Source of the DNA: an uncultured Opitutia bacterium
GTDB taxonomy: Bacteria; Verrucomicrobiota; Verrucomicrobiia; Opitutales; Opitutaceae
Reading direction: 5' to 3'
Assembly (NCBI GenBank): GCA_903827245.1
Contig: CAIKHO010000021.1
Coordinates: forward strand, 90,144-154,143
Length of the DNA: 64,000 nt
Position numbers and translations under genes: made by a program. The notes below the pieces were generated by a model. That model made no database searches. It saw nothing but the letters and a program-made list of their open reading frames with translations, and was not told where the DNA came from. Shown piece by piece: positions 43,394 to 52,116 of the stretch. Every line of letters starts with the position of its first letter. Position 1 is the stretch's first letter.

Positions 43394-44002
43394 ATGAGTG
43401 TTTCCCGAGCTGCCGTCGAAAAACATCTCGCCGCCTTGCGGGCGTGCGACCGCTGTCCGCGCATGCACAAGCCCGTGGTTGTCGGCCGCGCGGTCGCTAG
43501 CCGCGTGCTGCTGGTCGGCCAGGCCCCGGGCGACAAGGAGCCGAAGCTCGGCCGGCCCTTTGCCTGGACGGCGGGCAAGACGCTCTTCAAGTGGTTCGAC
43601 GCCGCGCTCGGCTGGAATGAGGACGAGGTGCGCGACCGCATTTATTTCGCGGCCGTGTGCCGTTGTTTTCCCGGCAAGCGCCCCGAGGGCGGCGACCGCG
43701 TGCCGGCGCCCGATGAAATCGCGAACTGTTCAACGTGGATGGAGCGTGAATTCGCGCTGCTGAAGCCCTCGCTGGTGCTGCCCGTCGGCAAGCTCGCGAT
43801 CGCGCAATTCATGCCGCCGGCGCCGCTCAACGACGTGATCGGCAAAAAGTTTTCAATCGTGTACCGCGGGCACGCGGTCGATTGCATTCCGCTGCCGCAT
43901 CCGTCGGGCGCGTCGCCCTGGCACCGCATGGAGCCGGGCAAGACGCTGCTCAACCGCGCGCTCGCGCTCGTGGCGCAACATGAAGCGGTGAGGATTTTTT
44001 AG
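43394..44002 (+). CDS. Uracil-DNA glycosylase superfamily protein
   Basis: ORF 43358..44002(+) trimmed to MSVSRAAV. LLVGQAPG, HPSGAS motifs. Confidence 0.75.
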   Translation: MSVSRAAVEKHLAALRACDRCPRMHKPVVVGRAVASRVLLVGQAPGDKEPKLGRPFAWTAGKTLFKWFDAALGWNEDEVRDRIYFAAVCRCFPGKRPEGGDRVPAPDEIANCSTWMEREFALLKPSLVLPVGKLAIAQFMPPAPLNDVIGKKFSIVYRGHAVDCIPLPHPSGASPWHRMEPGKTLLNRALALVAQHEAVRIF

Positions 44003-44119
44003 CCACAGATGCACGGATCGCACGGATAAAATCCATGGCGATTGTCCGGCGTTCCCGATTTTTCCCGGAAAAACTGAGTGGGCCTTCCTATCCGTGCCCA
44101 TCAGTGTAATCTGTGGCCA
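44002..44119. repeat. Family H hairpin (CACAGATG / CACGGAT motif), copy H2
   Basis: GCCACAGATGCACGGATCGCACGGATA ... TATCCGTGCCCATCAGTGTAATCTGTGGC. The left end overlaps the TAG stop of the UDG gene. Confidence 0.75.
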
Positions 44120-44129
44120 AAAATTCCGG

Positions 44130-45107
44130 CTAATTCACCCGGTTCCACACGGCCTGGCCTTGCACGGCGGCCCGGGCGATCCGGGAGGAGCTGGTCCGCA
44201 TCTCGACCATGCCCTCGGGGCTGCAGAAGGCGGCGTGGCAGGTGACGATGAGGTTGGGTGTGGCCGCTTCCTCGGCGGTGCGCAGCGGTTCGTTCTCGAC
44301 GACATCGAGCCCCGCGCCGGCCAGCCGGTCGGCCCGCAACGCGGCGAACAGCGGGGCCTTTTGCACGATGTCGCCGCGCGCCGTGTTGATGAGGTAGGCC
44401 GACGGTTTCATCAGCGCGATCTCGCGCTCGCCGATGAACCCGCGGGTTTCCGGCGTGAGCGGGCAGTGGACGGACACCACATCCGAGGTCCGCAGAAGCT
44501 CGTCCAGCGAGGCGAGCCGCTCGATGCCGACGGCCTTGTGGGTGCCCGAAGGCACGTGGGGATCGAAGAACACGGTGCGAAAACCCAGCGCCTTGGCCCG
44601 CAGCGCCGCCGCGGTGCCGATGCGGCCGAGGCCCACCACGCCGAACTGCAGGGTGCGCAGGCGGTGCATTTTCGGGGCCACCTGGATTTTCCAGCCCAGC
44701 CGCTTGGCCTCGGCATCAAGCGGGAAAAGCTGCCGGCACAACGCGAGCGCGAGGGCGATCGCGTGGTCGGCGACTTCCTCGGTACCGTAGTCCGGCACAT
44801 TGCACACGGGAATCCCTCGCTGCGCGGCAGCGGCCGTGTCAACCGTGTCAAACCCGACGCCGTTGCGGATGATGGCGCGACAATTCCGGAGACCACGGAT
44901 GACCCCGGCGTCAATCTTGGGTCCGTGCCAGAGGATGATGGCTTGGGCGTCATTCACCTCGCCGGGAAACGGGTCGTTCAGCCCGATTCGCACGGTCCTG
45001 ACCTCCGCCACTCCGGCCAACACCTCTTTTTCCAGCAGGGCCTCCGGGTCGCTGAACTTGAATTCAACCGGGCAGACGATGGCGACAAGGGGCAGGGAAG
45101 AGCTCAT
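44130..45107 (-). CDS. D-isomer-specific 2-hydroxyacid dehydrogenase family protein
   Basis: ORF 44130..45149(-) trimmed to MSSSLPLVAIV. GVVGLGRIGTAAALRAKALGF NAD motif, NTARG, H near the C-terminus. Confidence 0.85.
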   Translation of the reverse strand: MSSSLPLVAIVCPVEFKFSDPEALLEKEVLAGVAEVRTVRIGLNDPFPGEVNDAQAIILWHGPKIDAGVIRGLRNCRAIIRNGVGFDTVDTAAAAQRGIPVCNVPDYGTEEVADHAIALALALCRQLFPLDAEAKRLGWKIQVAPKMHRLRTLQFGVVGLGRIGTAAALRAKALGFRTVFFDPHVPSGTHKAVGIERLASLDELLRTSDVVSVHCPLTPETRGFIGEREIALMKPSAYLINTARGDIVQKAPLFAALRADRLAGAGLDVVENEPLRTAEEAATPNLIVTCHAAFCSPEGMVEMRTSSSRIARAAVQGQAVWNRVN

Positions 45108-45226
45108 GGGGGTTGATCCGATCAAGGCGGATGGCGACAGGTTCGGCAAGACCGACGGCTTTGGACGGATTGGAATCGTGCGAAAAAGTCCGTGTTCACC
45201 GGCCCGAATTGTGGTTCAATGGCGGT

Positions 45227-45739
45227 ATGTACCTCTCCCGCCTTTTTCTCTGTGCCGTGGTTCTGGCTGCTCCCTTGGCGCTTCACGCCCAGCTCGAAAA
45301 GCTGCCGCCGGAGGATCTGGAAATCGTCCAGAAGCAATGGCCGCAGGCCAAGAAAATCAGCACCGGGCTGCGATACATCATGCTGAAGGAAGGGGAGGGG
45401 GAGCCCGCGAAGCCGGGCGACCTGCTCAGCGTGCTGTACCGCGGGGCGATCCTGAGCGGCAAGGTCTTTGACGAGTCGGAGGATCCGAGCCAGCCGTTCA
45501 TGGTCCGGCTCGGGCGTGGACTGGTGATCCAAGGGTGGGACCAAGGCCTGCAGCTGATGAAGCGTGGGGGCAAGATGCTGCTGATCATTCCCTCCGAACT
45601 CGGTTATGGCACGCGGGGCAGCCCACCGCAGATCCCGCGCAACGCCACGCTCGTCTTCGAGATCGATCTGCTCGATATCAAGCGGGCCGAGCCGTTGTCC
45701 CCGGCCCTCGCCCCGCCGCCTGAAAAGAAAAAGAAATAA
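45227..45739 (+). CDS. FKBP-type peptidyl-prolyl cis-trans isomerase, secreted
   Basis: ORF 45113..45739(+) trimmed to MYLSRLFLCAVVLAAPLALHA. GRGLVIQGWDQGL, IPSELGYG, LVFEIDLLDI. Confidence 0.88.
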   Translation: MYLSRLFLCAVVLAAPLALHAQLEKLPPEDLEIVQKQWPQAKKISTGLRYIMLKEGEGEPAKPGDLLSVLYRGAILSGKVFDESEDPSQPFMVRLGRGLVIQGWDQGLQLMKRGGKMLLIIPSELGYGTRGSPPQIPRNATLVFEIDLLDIKRAEPLSPALAPPPEKKKK

Positions 45740-45804
45740 GTCGCGGCGGGCACGACGCGGACGGATTCGATGTTTCCGGCGTCATGGCCGGGCTTCCGCG
45801 TAGT

Positions 45805-45832
45805 CCGGGCCCGCAGGGCCCGGTCACTTTTT
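45805..45832 (+). terminator. Intrinsic terminator after the FKBP gene
   Basis: CCGGGCCC-GCA-GGGCCCGG followed by TCACTTTTT. Overlaps the stop codon of the convergent lipoprotein gene. Confidence 0.6.
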
Positions 45833-46081
45833 CGGCGGGGTCGCAAAACTGAAGCGCGCGTTGAATTCCTCTTCCGCCTGGGCTTGGGCCGCCGCGGGGG
45901 CCAGGCCCGCCGCCTTGAGTTCGAGGCCGCGTCTTTCCACCCAGCGTTGCCGGAAGGTAGCCTCGACATTGGCGGCGATGGACGGGTCTTGCTTGGGCTT
46001 GGCGGGCTTCCGGGAGAACAGGCAGCCGGTGAACATGATGGGGCTGAACAGGGCGAGGCAGATCGACAGGGAGCGTTTCAT
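45824..46081 (-). CDS. Small lipoprotein, hypothetical
   Basis: ORF 45824..46081(-). Lipobox MFTGC. Confidence 0.5.
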   Translation of the reverse strand: MKRSLSICLALFSPIMFTGCLFSRKPAKPKQDPSIAANVEATFRQRWVERRGLELKAAGLAPAAAQAQAEEEFNARFSFATPPKK

Positions 46082-46174
46082 GGCAGGTTTAGGAAATGTT
46101 AAGATCGAGAAATGTGACCGCGAGCGAATCTTTTTGGTTTCGTGCCGGCTGGGAAGTTGCTTGTATGGACGGGC

Positions 46175-47503
46175 ATGAGCGACGAGTCACCTCCGCTGCG
46201 GATCAAGCCGCGCTTGAAATCCGAGAATCCTCCCGACGCTCCTGCTGCGAATGTGGCGCCCGGAGGCGACGAGGTTGCTCCGAAGATTACCCTTCGTCCC
46301 AAGCTTTCCGTTCCGTCCGCTCCTCCTCCTCCGGCGGCCGTTCCAGCCCCGGGCGAGACCCCGCCTCCCGCGGCTGAACGCCCTCGGCTCAAGCCGCGGC
46401 TCTCGACCGAGGCCCCGGCACCTGCGTCCGCCGCTGCGCCGACTCCCGCCCCCGAGCCCGAGGCGGCCGCGACACCGGTGGCCCCGCCTCCGATCGAGCG
46501 CGCGGCTCCGCCGACGCCGGAAGCGCCGAAGTTCAAGCTGAAGCCCAAGAGTGCTGAACCGGCACCTGCGACCTTGCCCATTGTTTCAGCTTCGCCGCCA
46601 GCGGCTCCGGAAGTCGCGCCGGCCCCGCCGCCGGAAGAGCCTGTATCGCCCGAAGGTACCCCGGAGGCTGCAGCACCGGAGCCTGAACCGGTCCCTGCGC
46701 CCGCCGCCGGGGAGGCGCCGCCGCCTCCGGTGCCGAAACTCAAGATCACGTTTCCACCTCGTCCGGCCCCGGCTGCGCCGTCGGCCGACGGTGCCCCGGC
46801 CGGAATTCCGCGGCCGTCGATTCCCAAGGCAAAACGTCCCCGCCCCTCCAAGATCGTGCTGATCGGCGGATTGGCGGCAGGTGTGCTCGTGCTGGGCGGA
46901 GGCGGTTACTTTGCCTACGAATTGTGGTTTTCGCCTCCGCCGCCTCCGCCACCGATGGTGGCCAGGCCGAAACCGAAGCCGGTCGCTCCGCCCGTTGCGC
47001 CATCCGTTGCGACGGCGGATCAGGCCGCCAAGCCGGGCCCGGTGGTGACGGGCACGCCCGTCTCGATGGCGGGCAAGATGGTGGACAAGGCGCAAACCGT
47101 GGCCGCCGGTCAGGGGACTGCGATCGATGGCAGCGATGGTCTCCTTGAGAAGCGTCCGTCCGCTGCGCCGGCGGGGCCCAACGGAACGCCGAAGACTGCT
47201 TCATCGGACGAAACCATGGACAAGACCAAGGCATCCATTGCACCTGGCATCCTGGCAACGACGTCGGACGTGGTGGTCACGACGGAAGCCAGCCCGGCGT
47301 TTCGCGCGTGGGCGGCCAACGTCAAGATCGCGGGTGTTTTTCCCGGACGGACTCCGCCCCGGGCCTTCATCAACAGCCGCGCGGTGGATGCGGGCCAGAT
47401 CGTGGATGACGCGCTCGGCATCATTTTTGAGAGCGTCGACACGGACAAGAACGTCCTGGTTTTCCGGGACAAATCTGGCGCCAAGGTTATGCGGAAGTTT
47501 TAA
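46175..47503 (+). CDS. Proline-rich single-pass membrane protein with repeated K/R-x-K-P-K/R-L motifs and a small C-terminal globular domain
   Basis: ORF 46142..47503(+) trimmed to MSDESPPLRIKPRLKS. TM IVLIGGLAAGVLVLGGGGYFAY. Confidence 0.65.
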   Translation: MSDESPPLRIKPRLKSENPPDAPAANVAPGGDEVAPKITLRPKLSVPSAPPPPAAVPAPGETPPPAAERPRLKPRLSTEAPAPASAAAPTPAPEPEAAATPVAPPPIERAAPPTPEAPKFKLKPKSAEPAPATLPIVSASPPAAPEVAPAPPPEEPVSPEGTPEAAAPEPEPVPAPAAGEAPPPPVPKLKITFPPRPAPAAPSADGAPAGIPRPSIPKAKRPRPSKIVLIGGLAAGVLVLGGGGYFAYELWFSPPPPPPPMVARPKPKPVAPPVAPSVATADQAAKPGPVVTGTPVSMAGKMVDKAQTVAAGQGTAIDGSDGLLEKRPSAAPAGPNGTPKTASSDETMDKTKASIAPGILATTSDVVVTTEASPAFRAWAANVKIAGVFPGRTPPRAFINSRAVDAGQIVDDALGIIFESVDTDKNVLVFRDKSGAKVMRKF

Positions 47504-47528
47504 GCCGGCGCCGGGGCGCGGGCAAAAA

Positions 47529-48641
47529 TCACCAGACCTCGACGGGTCCCTTGGGCACACGAATAATGTCCTGGCCGGGAGCATCCACGTCGCCTGCCGG
47601 CCGCATGAACGACGCCACCATGGGCGCGGGCTGGAATTTGGGGAGGAGGTCGCCGCGTTCGTCGCAAAACTGCGTCCGCCAGCTGAGATACGTCGTGATG
47701 GCCGCCTCAAAATCGGCGCGGGAGGTGATGGCGATCATGCTGTTTTTGAAAGGCTTCGCCGGGCCGAAGCGCTTCGCATACCACGGTGCGACCTTGCGAA
47801 AGAGCCGCGCGCCGTGCTCCTCGCCGTAAAATTCGCAGTACCGGCCGAAATGCCGGCGCAGCACGCGCAGGCGCTCGGCGATATCCGGCTCGGGTGAAAG
47901 CTCGCCGGTCCGCAGATAATGCTCGGTCCGGCGGAAAATCCACGGGTCGTAAAACGCCCCGCGCCCGATGCTCATGCCGGCGCAGCCGGTCTCGTCGCGC
48001 ATGTGCTTCGCCGCTTCCGGCGTGGTGATGTCGCCGTTGCCGATGACCGGGATGGAGTCCACCGCCGCGACGACGGCCCGGATGCCGGCCAGATTGACCG
48101 TCCCGGAAAACCCCTGGGCGCGGGTGCGGCCGTGCACGAAAATCGCCGCCACCCCGGCATCCTCGAGCACGCGCGCGAGGTCGGGGGCGGTGAGGTTGTC
48201 GTTGTCCCAGCCGAGCCGCATTTTTGCGGTCACGGGAATTTTCACTGCCGCGACCATGGCGCGGACGAGGCGCGCGGTCTTGTCGAGCTCGGTCATCATG
48301 GCCGATCCGCCGCCGATGCTCACGACCTTGCGCACGGGGCAGCCCATGTTGATGTCCACGGCCTGCACCCCGAGTTCCTGGCACATCACGGCGGCATCCC
48401 GCATTTCCTCCAGGACGCTGCCGAAAAGCTGGATGGCAAGGGGCCGGTCCTCGGCCGTGGTCGCGACCAGCTTGAGGGCGGTCCGGTTGCGCTCGAGCAG
48501 CGAACGTGCGTTGACCAGGTCGGTGGTGCCCCACCCGAGCCCGCCCAGCTCGCGCACGGTCAGGCGCATGGGCAGGTTGGTGTAGCCCGCCAGCGGCGAG
48601 AGACAGAGGTTCGATGAAAGCTCGTGCGGCCCGATGCGCAT
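47529..48641 (-). CDS. tRNA-dihydrouridine synthase
   Basis: ORF 47529..48641(-). LSPLAGYTN, VDINMGCPVRKV, AIFVHGRT, IGNGDI. Confidence 0.88.
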   Translation of the reverse strand: MRIGPHELSSNLCLSPLAGYTNLPMRLTVRELGGLGWGTTDLVNARSLLERNRTALKLVATTAEDRPLAIQLFGSVLEEMRDAAVMCQELGVQAVDINMGCPVRKVVSIGGGSAMMTELDKTARLVRAMVAAVKIPVTAKMRLGWDNDNLTAPDLARVLEDAGVAAIFVHGRTRAQGFSGTVNLAGIRAVVAAVDSIPVIGNGDITTPEAAKHMRDETGCAGMSIGRGAFYDPWIFRRTEHYLRTGELSPEPDIAERLRVLRRHFGRYCEFYGEEHGARLFRKVAPWYAKRFGPAKPFKNSMIAITSRADFEAAITTYLSWRTQFCDERGDLLPKFQPAPMVASFMRPAGDVDAPGQDIIRVPKGPVEVW

Positions 48642-48644
48642 GTT

Positions 48645-49145
48645 TCAGTCCACCGGCTTCCGGCTAAAGTGCGCGATGGCCACGGCCACCGTGGCGACCA
48701 CCAGTAGCAATAATCCCGCGCCCAGCCAGACGGGGTTGGGCGTCAGCCGGCCCGGGCCCTCGAGGTTGACGCGGTACACCTGATAAAAAAGAGCCATGAA
48801 GAACAGCATCAGCCAGCACCCGGGCAGAAGCACCAGGCTGGAAATCCAGGCATCGGTGGACTCGCGGCGCTGCGGCGCGAGCCAGTAGTCGCGATGGGGC
48901 AGGTTGATAAATTCGCGCGGCAGCCTCGCCTGCAGGAGCACGAGGCCCTCGAAAAGCGCGGCGATAAAAACCAGGGTGCCGATCTGCCACCCGAGAAAGG
49001 TGTCCCGGGACATCCAGCCGTTCGCCCGGCCCGCTGCGTCAAAGTGCGACATCACCCGCGCGGGCAGCCGGGAATACTGCCATAGTCCCTGCCCCACGGC
49101 GCACAGCGCCAGAAGGAGGAAAGCGGCCTGGAAAACACGTTTCAC
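48645..49145 (-). CDS. DUF1648-like membrane protein
   Basis: ORF 48645..49145(-). 4 hydrophobic helices; SRLPARVMSHFDAAGRANGW. Confidence 0.6.
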   Translation of the reverse strand: MKRVFQAAFLLLALCAVGQGLWQYSRLPARVMSHFDAAGRANGWMSRDTFLGWQIGTLVFIAALFEGLVLLQARLPREFINLPHRDYWLAPQRRESTDAWISSLVLLPGCWLMLFFMALFYQVYRVNLEGPGRLTPNPVWLGAGLLLLVVATVAVAIAHFSRKPVD

Positions 49146-49151
49146 GTTCGT

Positions 49152-50324
49152 TCAGCGCGAGCCGAGGGCCGACTTCATGCGGCGCAGCGCCTCGGCGAGC
49201 GTGGCGCGGGTGCAGCCGAAATTGATCCTGACATACTGGCCCTTGGGCACGCCGAAGAAGGCGCCGTCGCTCAGGCCGACGCCGTGTTTTTCGAAATGCG
49301 CGACCGGGTCCGCCAAGTTGAGCGCGCTGACATTGATCCAGGCCAGATAGGTCGCCTCGATCGGCGCGTCGATCGTCACGCCCGGCAGTTCGTGCGCCAC
49401 GAAATCGACGAGGAAATCGCGGTTGCCACGCAGCGTGGCGAGCAGCGCCTGCCGCCAAGGTTCGCAGTCGCGGTAGGCCGCCTCGCACGCGGTGAAGCCG
49501 AGGGCCGTCACCTCCGCGACGATGCCCGCGGTCGCACGTACAAACTGGGCGCGGCGCATCGGGTCGGGAATGATGGCTAGCGAAGTGCCGAGCCCGGGAA
49601 CGTTATACGTCTTGCTCGGTGCCATGAGCGTGATCGTGCGCGCGGCGATTTCGGGCGAAAGCGTGGCGGTGGCGACATGCGTCTGGGCGGAATCAAGGAT
49701 GAGGTCGCAGTGAATCTCGTCCGAGCACAGGATGAGGCTGTGCCGCAGGCAGAATTCGGCGAGTCGCGTGAGCTCATCCCGGCGCCAGACCCGGGCGACC
49801 GGGTTATGGGGGTTGCAGAGGAAAAAGAGTTTTGTCCGCGGGGTGACCGCGCGTTCCAGCGCGTCCCAGTCGATCTCCCAGCTGGCCGGAGCGGGCCCTG
49901 CGGCCGGGCGCAGGACGAGCGGCACCTGCACGGACACGCGGCCGGAGTTCTTGGGCGCGCTCATGAACGGCGGATAGATGGGCGTGAGCGTGAGCACCTC
50001 GTCCCCCGGCGCGGCGAAAGCCTGTGTCGTGACGTTCAGGCCGACCACGAGTCCCGGCAACCACACGAGCCAGGAAGGTTCGACGCGCCAGCCGTAACGC
50101 TGTGCGAGTGCGTCCACCACCGCATCGACGGTGGATTTAACCGGCCGGGCATAGCCGAAAATCCCATGGTCGACCCGCCGGTGGAGGGCCTCGATCAGGG
50201 CGGGAGGCGAGCGAAAATCCATGTCGGCGACCCACATGGGCAGCACGTCGCGGCCGGCATACTTCTGCCATTTTTGGGAATCCGTGGCCCGGCGGTCGGG
50301 CGGCGTCTCAAAGTCGAAGTTCAT
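49152..50324 (-). CDS. PatB/MalY-type PLP-dependent aminotransferase / C-S lyase
   Basis: ORF 49152..51140(-) trimmed to MNFDFETPPDRRATDSQKW (ATG complement 50322-50324). CNPHNPV, APSKTYNVPG (PLP lysine). Confidence 0.88.
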   Translation of the reverse strand: MNFDFETPPDRRATDSQKWQKYAGRDVLPMWVADMDFRSPPALIEALHRRVDHGIFGYARPVKSTVDAVVDALAQRYGWRVEPSWLVWLPGLVVGLNVTTQAFAAPGDEVLTLTPIYPPFMSAPKNSGRVSVQVPLVLRPAAGPAPASWEIDWDALERAVTPRTKLFFLCNPHNPVARVWRRDELTRLAEFCLRHSLILCSDEIHCDLILDSAQTHVATATLSPEIAARTITLMAPSKTYNVPGLGTSLAIIPDPMRRAQFVRATAGIVAEVTALGFTACEAAYRDCEPWRQALLATLRGNRDFLVDFVAHELPGVTIDAPIEATYLAWINVSALNLADPVAHFEKHGVGLSDGAFFGVPKGQYVRINFGCTRATLAEALRRMKSALGSR

Positions 50325-50343
50325 GCGAAGCGTTCCATGACCC

Positions 50344-50385
50344 AACCACGGATTGCACGGATGAGCACGGATTTTCCGTGTGTTA
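50344..50385. repeat. Family H partial copy H3
   Basis: AACCACGGATTGCACGGATGAGCACGGATTTTCCGTG. Confidence 0.5.
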
Positions 50386-50442
50386 TGGGCGCCGGCGGCA
50401 GGCGCTGTGATCGGCGCAGCGAGAAATTTATTCCCACCTGGG

Positions 50443-50467
50443 ACGGCGCAACGCGCGCCGTTTTTTC
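50443..50467 (+). terminator. Orphan terminator-like hairpin in the hsp20 upstream region
   Basis: ACGGCGC-AACGC-GCGCCGT followed by TTTTTTC. There is no plus-strand gene upstream. Confidence 0.45.
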
Positions 50468-50636
50468 GCAGTTGGCTTCGGTTGGGAAAACTAACTCGCG
50501 TGGCCGGCGGCACTTGGCGCCAGCGGCCGGCCCGGCATCGCGCATGCAGTAGCGGAATCCTGACAAGACAGTGCCTATTGCGCGTTTCGCGTTCGCGGAA
50601 GGCGTGCAGGCCAAACTTCAAAACAACATTATTACC

Positions 50637-51119
50637 ATGAGACTCGTCCGCTACGTTTATCCTGACTATCGCACCTACGCGCCCGCGCCGGGCGGTTTCA
50701 ACCGCTCGCCGTGGTCCGGCTTTGAGGGTGAAATTGACCGCCTGTTTGAAACCGCACGGCGCAGCTTCCCGGGCGCGGGGGCTGCTCCGACCCAGATCCC
50801 GGTCGATCTTTACGAGGACCAGGCCAACACCTACGTCCGCGCCGAACTTCCGGGCGTGAATCGTGACGACATCAACGTCGAGGTCTCCGACGGCCGCCTG
50901 AACATCCGGGCGGTGCGCAAGACGCCCGCCACCCCGGCTGCGGATGCCCCCGATTCGACGGCGGCCGAGAAAACCTTCTCCTTCAGTCGCACGGTGAATC
51001 TTTCCGCCGAGGTGCAAACCGATCGGATCGGTGCGGCCTTTGAAAACGGTGTCCTCACCGTCACGCTGCCCAAGCGCGAGGAGGCCAAGCCGAAAAAGAT
51101 CACCGTGGCGGTCAAGTGA
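50637..51119 (+). CDS. Hsp20/alpha-crystallin small heat-shock protein
   Basis: ORF 50571..51119(+) trimmed to MRLVRYVY. PVDLYEDQANTYVRAELPGVNRDDINV, AAFENGVLTVTLPK. Confidence 0.88.
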   Translation: MRLVRYVYPDYRTYAPAPGGFNRSPWSGFEGEIDRLFETARRSFPGAGAAPTQIPVDLYEDQANTYVRAELPGVNRDDINVEVSDGRLNIRAVRKTPATPAADAPDSTAAEKTFSFSRTVNLSAEVQTDRIGAAFENGVLTVTLPKREEAKPKKITVAVK

Positions 51120-51166
51120 CCGCTGCCATCCACCCTTCAAGAACCAAAAATCCAGGAGAAATCACC

Positions 51167-51553
51167 ATGTCATTGTTCAATTCCATCCTCCCTTCCCTCA
51201 ACCGTGAGCCCGCGGCGTCCTGCGCCACCTCCGCGGTGAAACCCGCCTATGACGTGCAGGAGACGCCCGAGGCCTACCGCCTCACGGTGCAGCTGCCCGG
51301 CGTGGCCAAAGACGGCCTCGAGCTCACCGCCGAGGACAACGAGATCCGCATCACCGGCCGCCGCGGCTGGACCCAGCCGGAGAGCTGGACGCCGCTCTAT
51401 CGCGAGACGACCGATGCCGCCTACGAACTTGTGCTCACGCATGAGAACGAGATCGATGCCGGCAAGATTGCGGCCGAACTGCGGGATGGCGTCCTGTACG
51501 TCACGCTCCCGAAGGCCGAGGCACTCAAACCCCGCAAGATCGCGGTAAGTTGA
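51167..51553 (+). CDS. Hsp20/alpha-crystallin small heat-shock protein (second copy)
   Basis: ORF 51116..51553(+) trimmed to MSLFNSILP. PAYDVQETPEAYRLTVQLPGV, AELRDGVLYVTLPK. Confidence 0.85.
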   Translation: MSLFNSILPSLNREPAASCATSAVKPAYDVQETPEAYRLTVQLPGVAKDGLELTAEDNEIRITGRRGWTQPESWTPLYRETTDAAYELVLTHENEIDAGKIAAELRDGVLYVTLPKAEALKPRKIAVS

Positions 51554-51607
51554 ACAGCCGCCGGCCGTGGCCCCGCCATGGCGCGGCTTCACGGACAGCA
51601 TTCATCA

Positions 51608-51645
51608 GGGCCGGGCGCGGAAAGGCGCCCGGCCTTTTGCTTTTG
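51608..51645 (+). terminator. Intrinsic terminator after the hsp20 pair
   Basis: GGGCCGGGCGC-GGAAAG-GCGCCCGGCC followed by TTTTGCTTTTG. Confidence 0.8.
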
Positions 51646-51676
51646 CGGCGCGACCGCAGTCTGGCACCGTGCGGGC

Positions 51677-52099
51677 ATGACCACCGCCAAAACCGGCCCC
51701 GTGCTGCTCTTCGACGGGGAGTGCGGGCTGTGTCACCGTGTCGTGCGGCTGCTGCTGCGACTCGACCGGCGGGGCGTACTGCGGTTCGCGCCGCTGCAGG
51801 GGCCCGGGGCGCAAGCGTACCTGCGGACGCACGGGCTGCCGACGGAGGATTTCAGCACGCTGGTCTTCGTACCGGACTGGCCGGTGGGCGCGGAGAAATA
51901 TCGCCTGCGCACGGACGGAGTGATTGGCGCGCTGCGGGCGGCGGGCCGACCCGGGTTGGCGGCAATGCTAGCCGTGATGCCGCGCGGGCTGCGTGATGCG
52001 GGCTACAAATTTGTCGCGCTGGTGCGGCACCGGATGTTCGGTCCGTGGCATCCGTCACCCCGGGCGCGGCCCGAATGGGCGGAGCGGTTCCTGCCCTGA
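51677..52099 (+). CDS. DCC-family thiol-disulfide oxidoreductase (DUF393)
   Basis: ORF 51578..52099(+) trimmed to MTTAKTGPVLLFDGECGLCHRVV. The trimmed start lies downstream of a terminator at 51608-51645. Confidence 0.78.
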   Translation: MTTAKTGPVLLFDGECGLCHRVVRLLLRLDRRGVLRFAPLQGPGAQAYLRTHGLPTEDFSTLVFVPDWPVGAEKYRLRTDGVIGALRAAGRPGLAAMLAVMPRGLRDAGYKFVALVRHRMFGPWHPSPRARPEWAERFLP

Positions 52100-52116
52100 T
52101 CGGCAGGCATCAGGAG

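Noticed and set aside
50325-51140. Upstream extension of the 662-aa minus ORF across the hsp20 genes
   Set aside because: The aminotransferase homology begins at MNFDFETPPDRR (ATG complement 50322-50324). The extension is antisense to two clear alpha-crystallin genes and crosses repeat H3.
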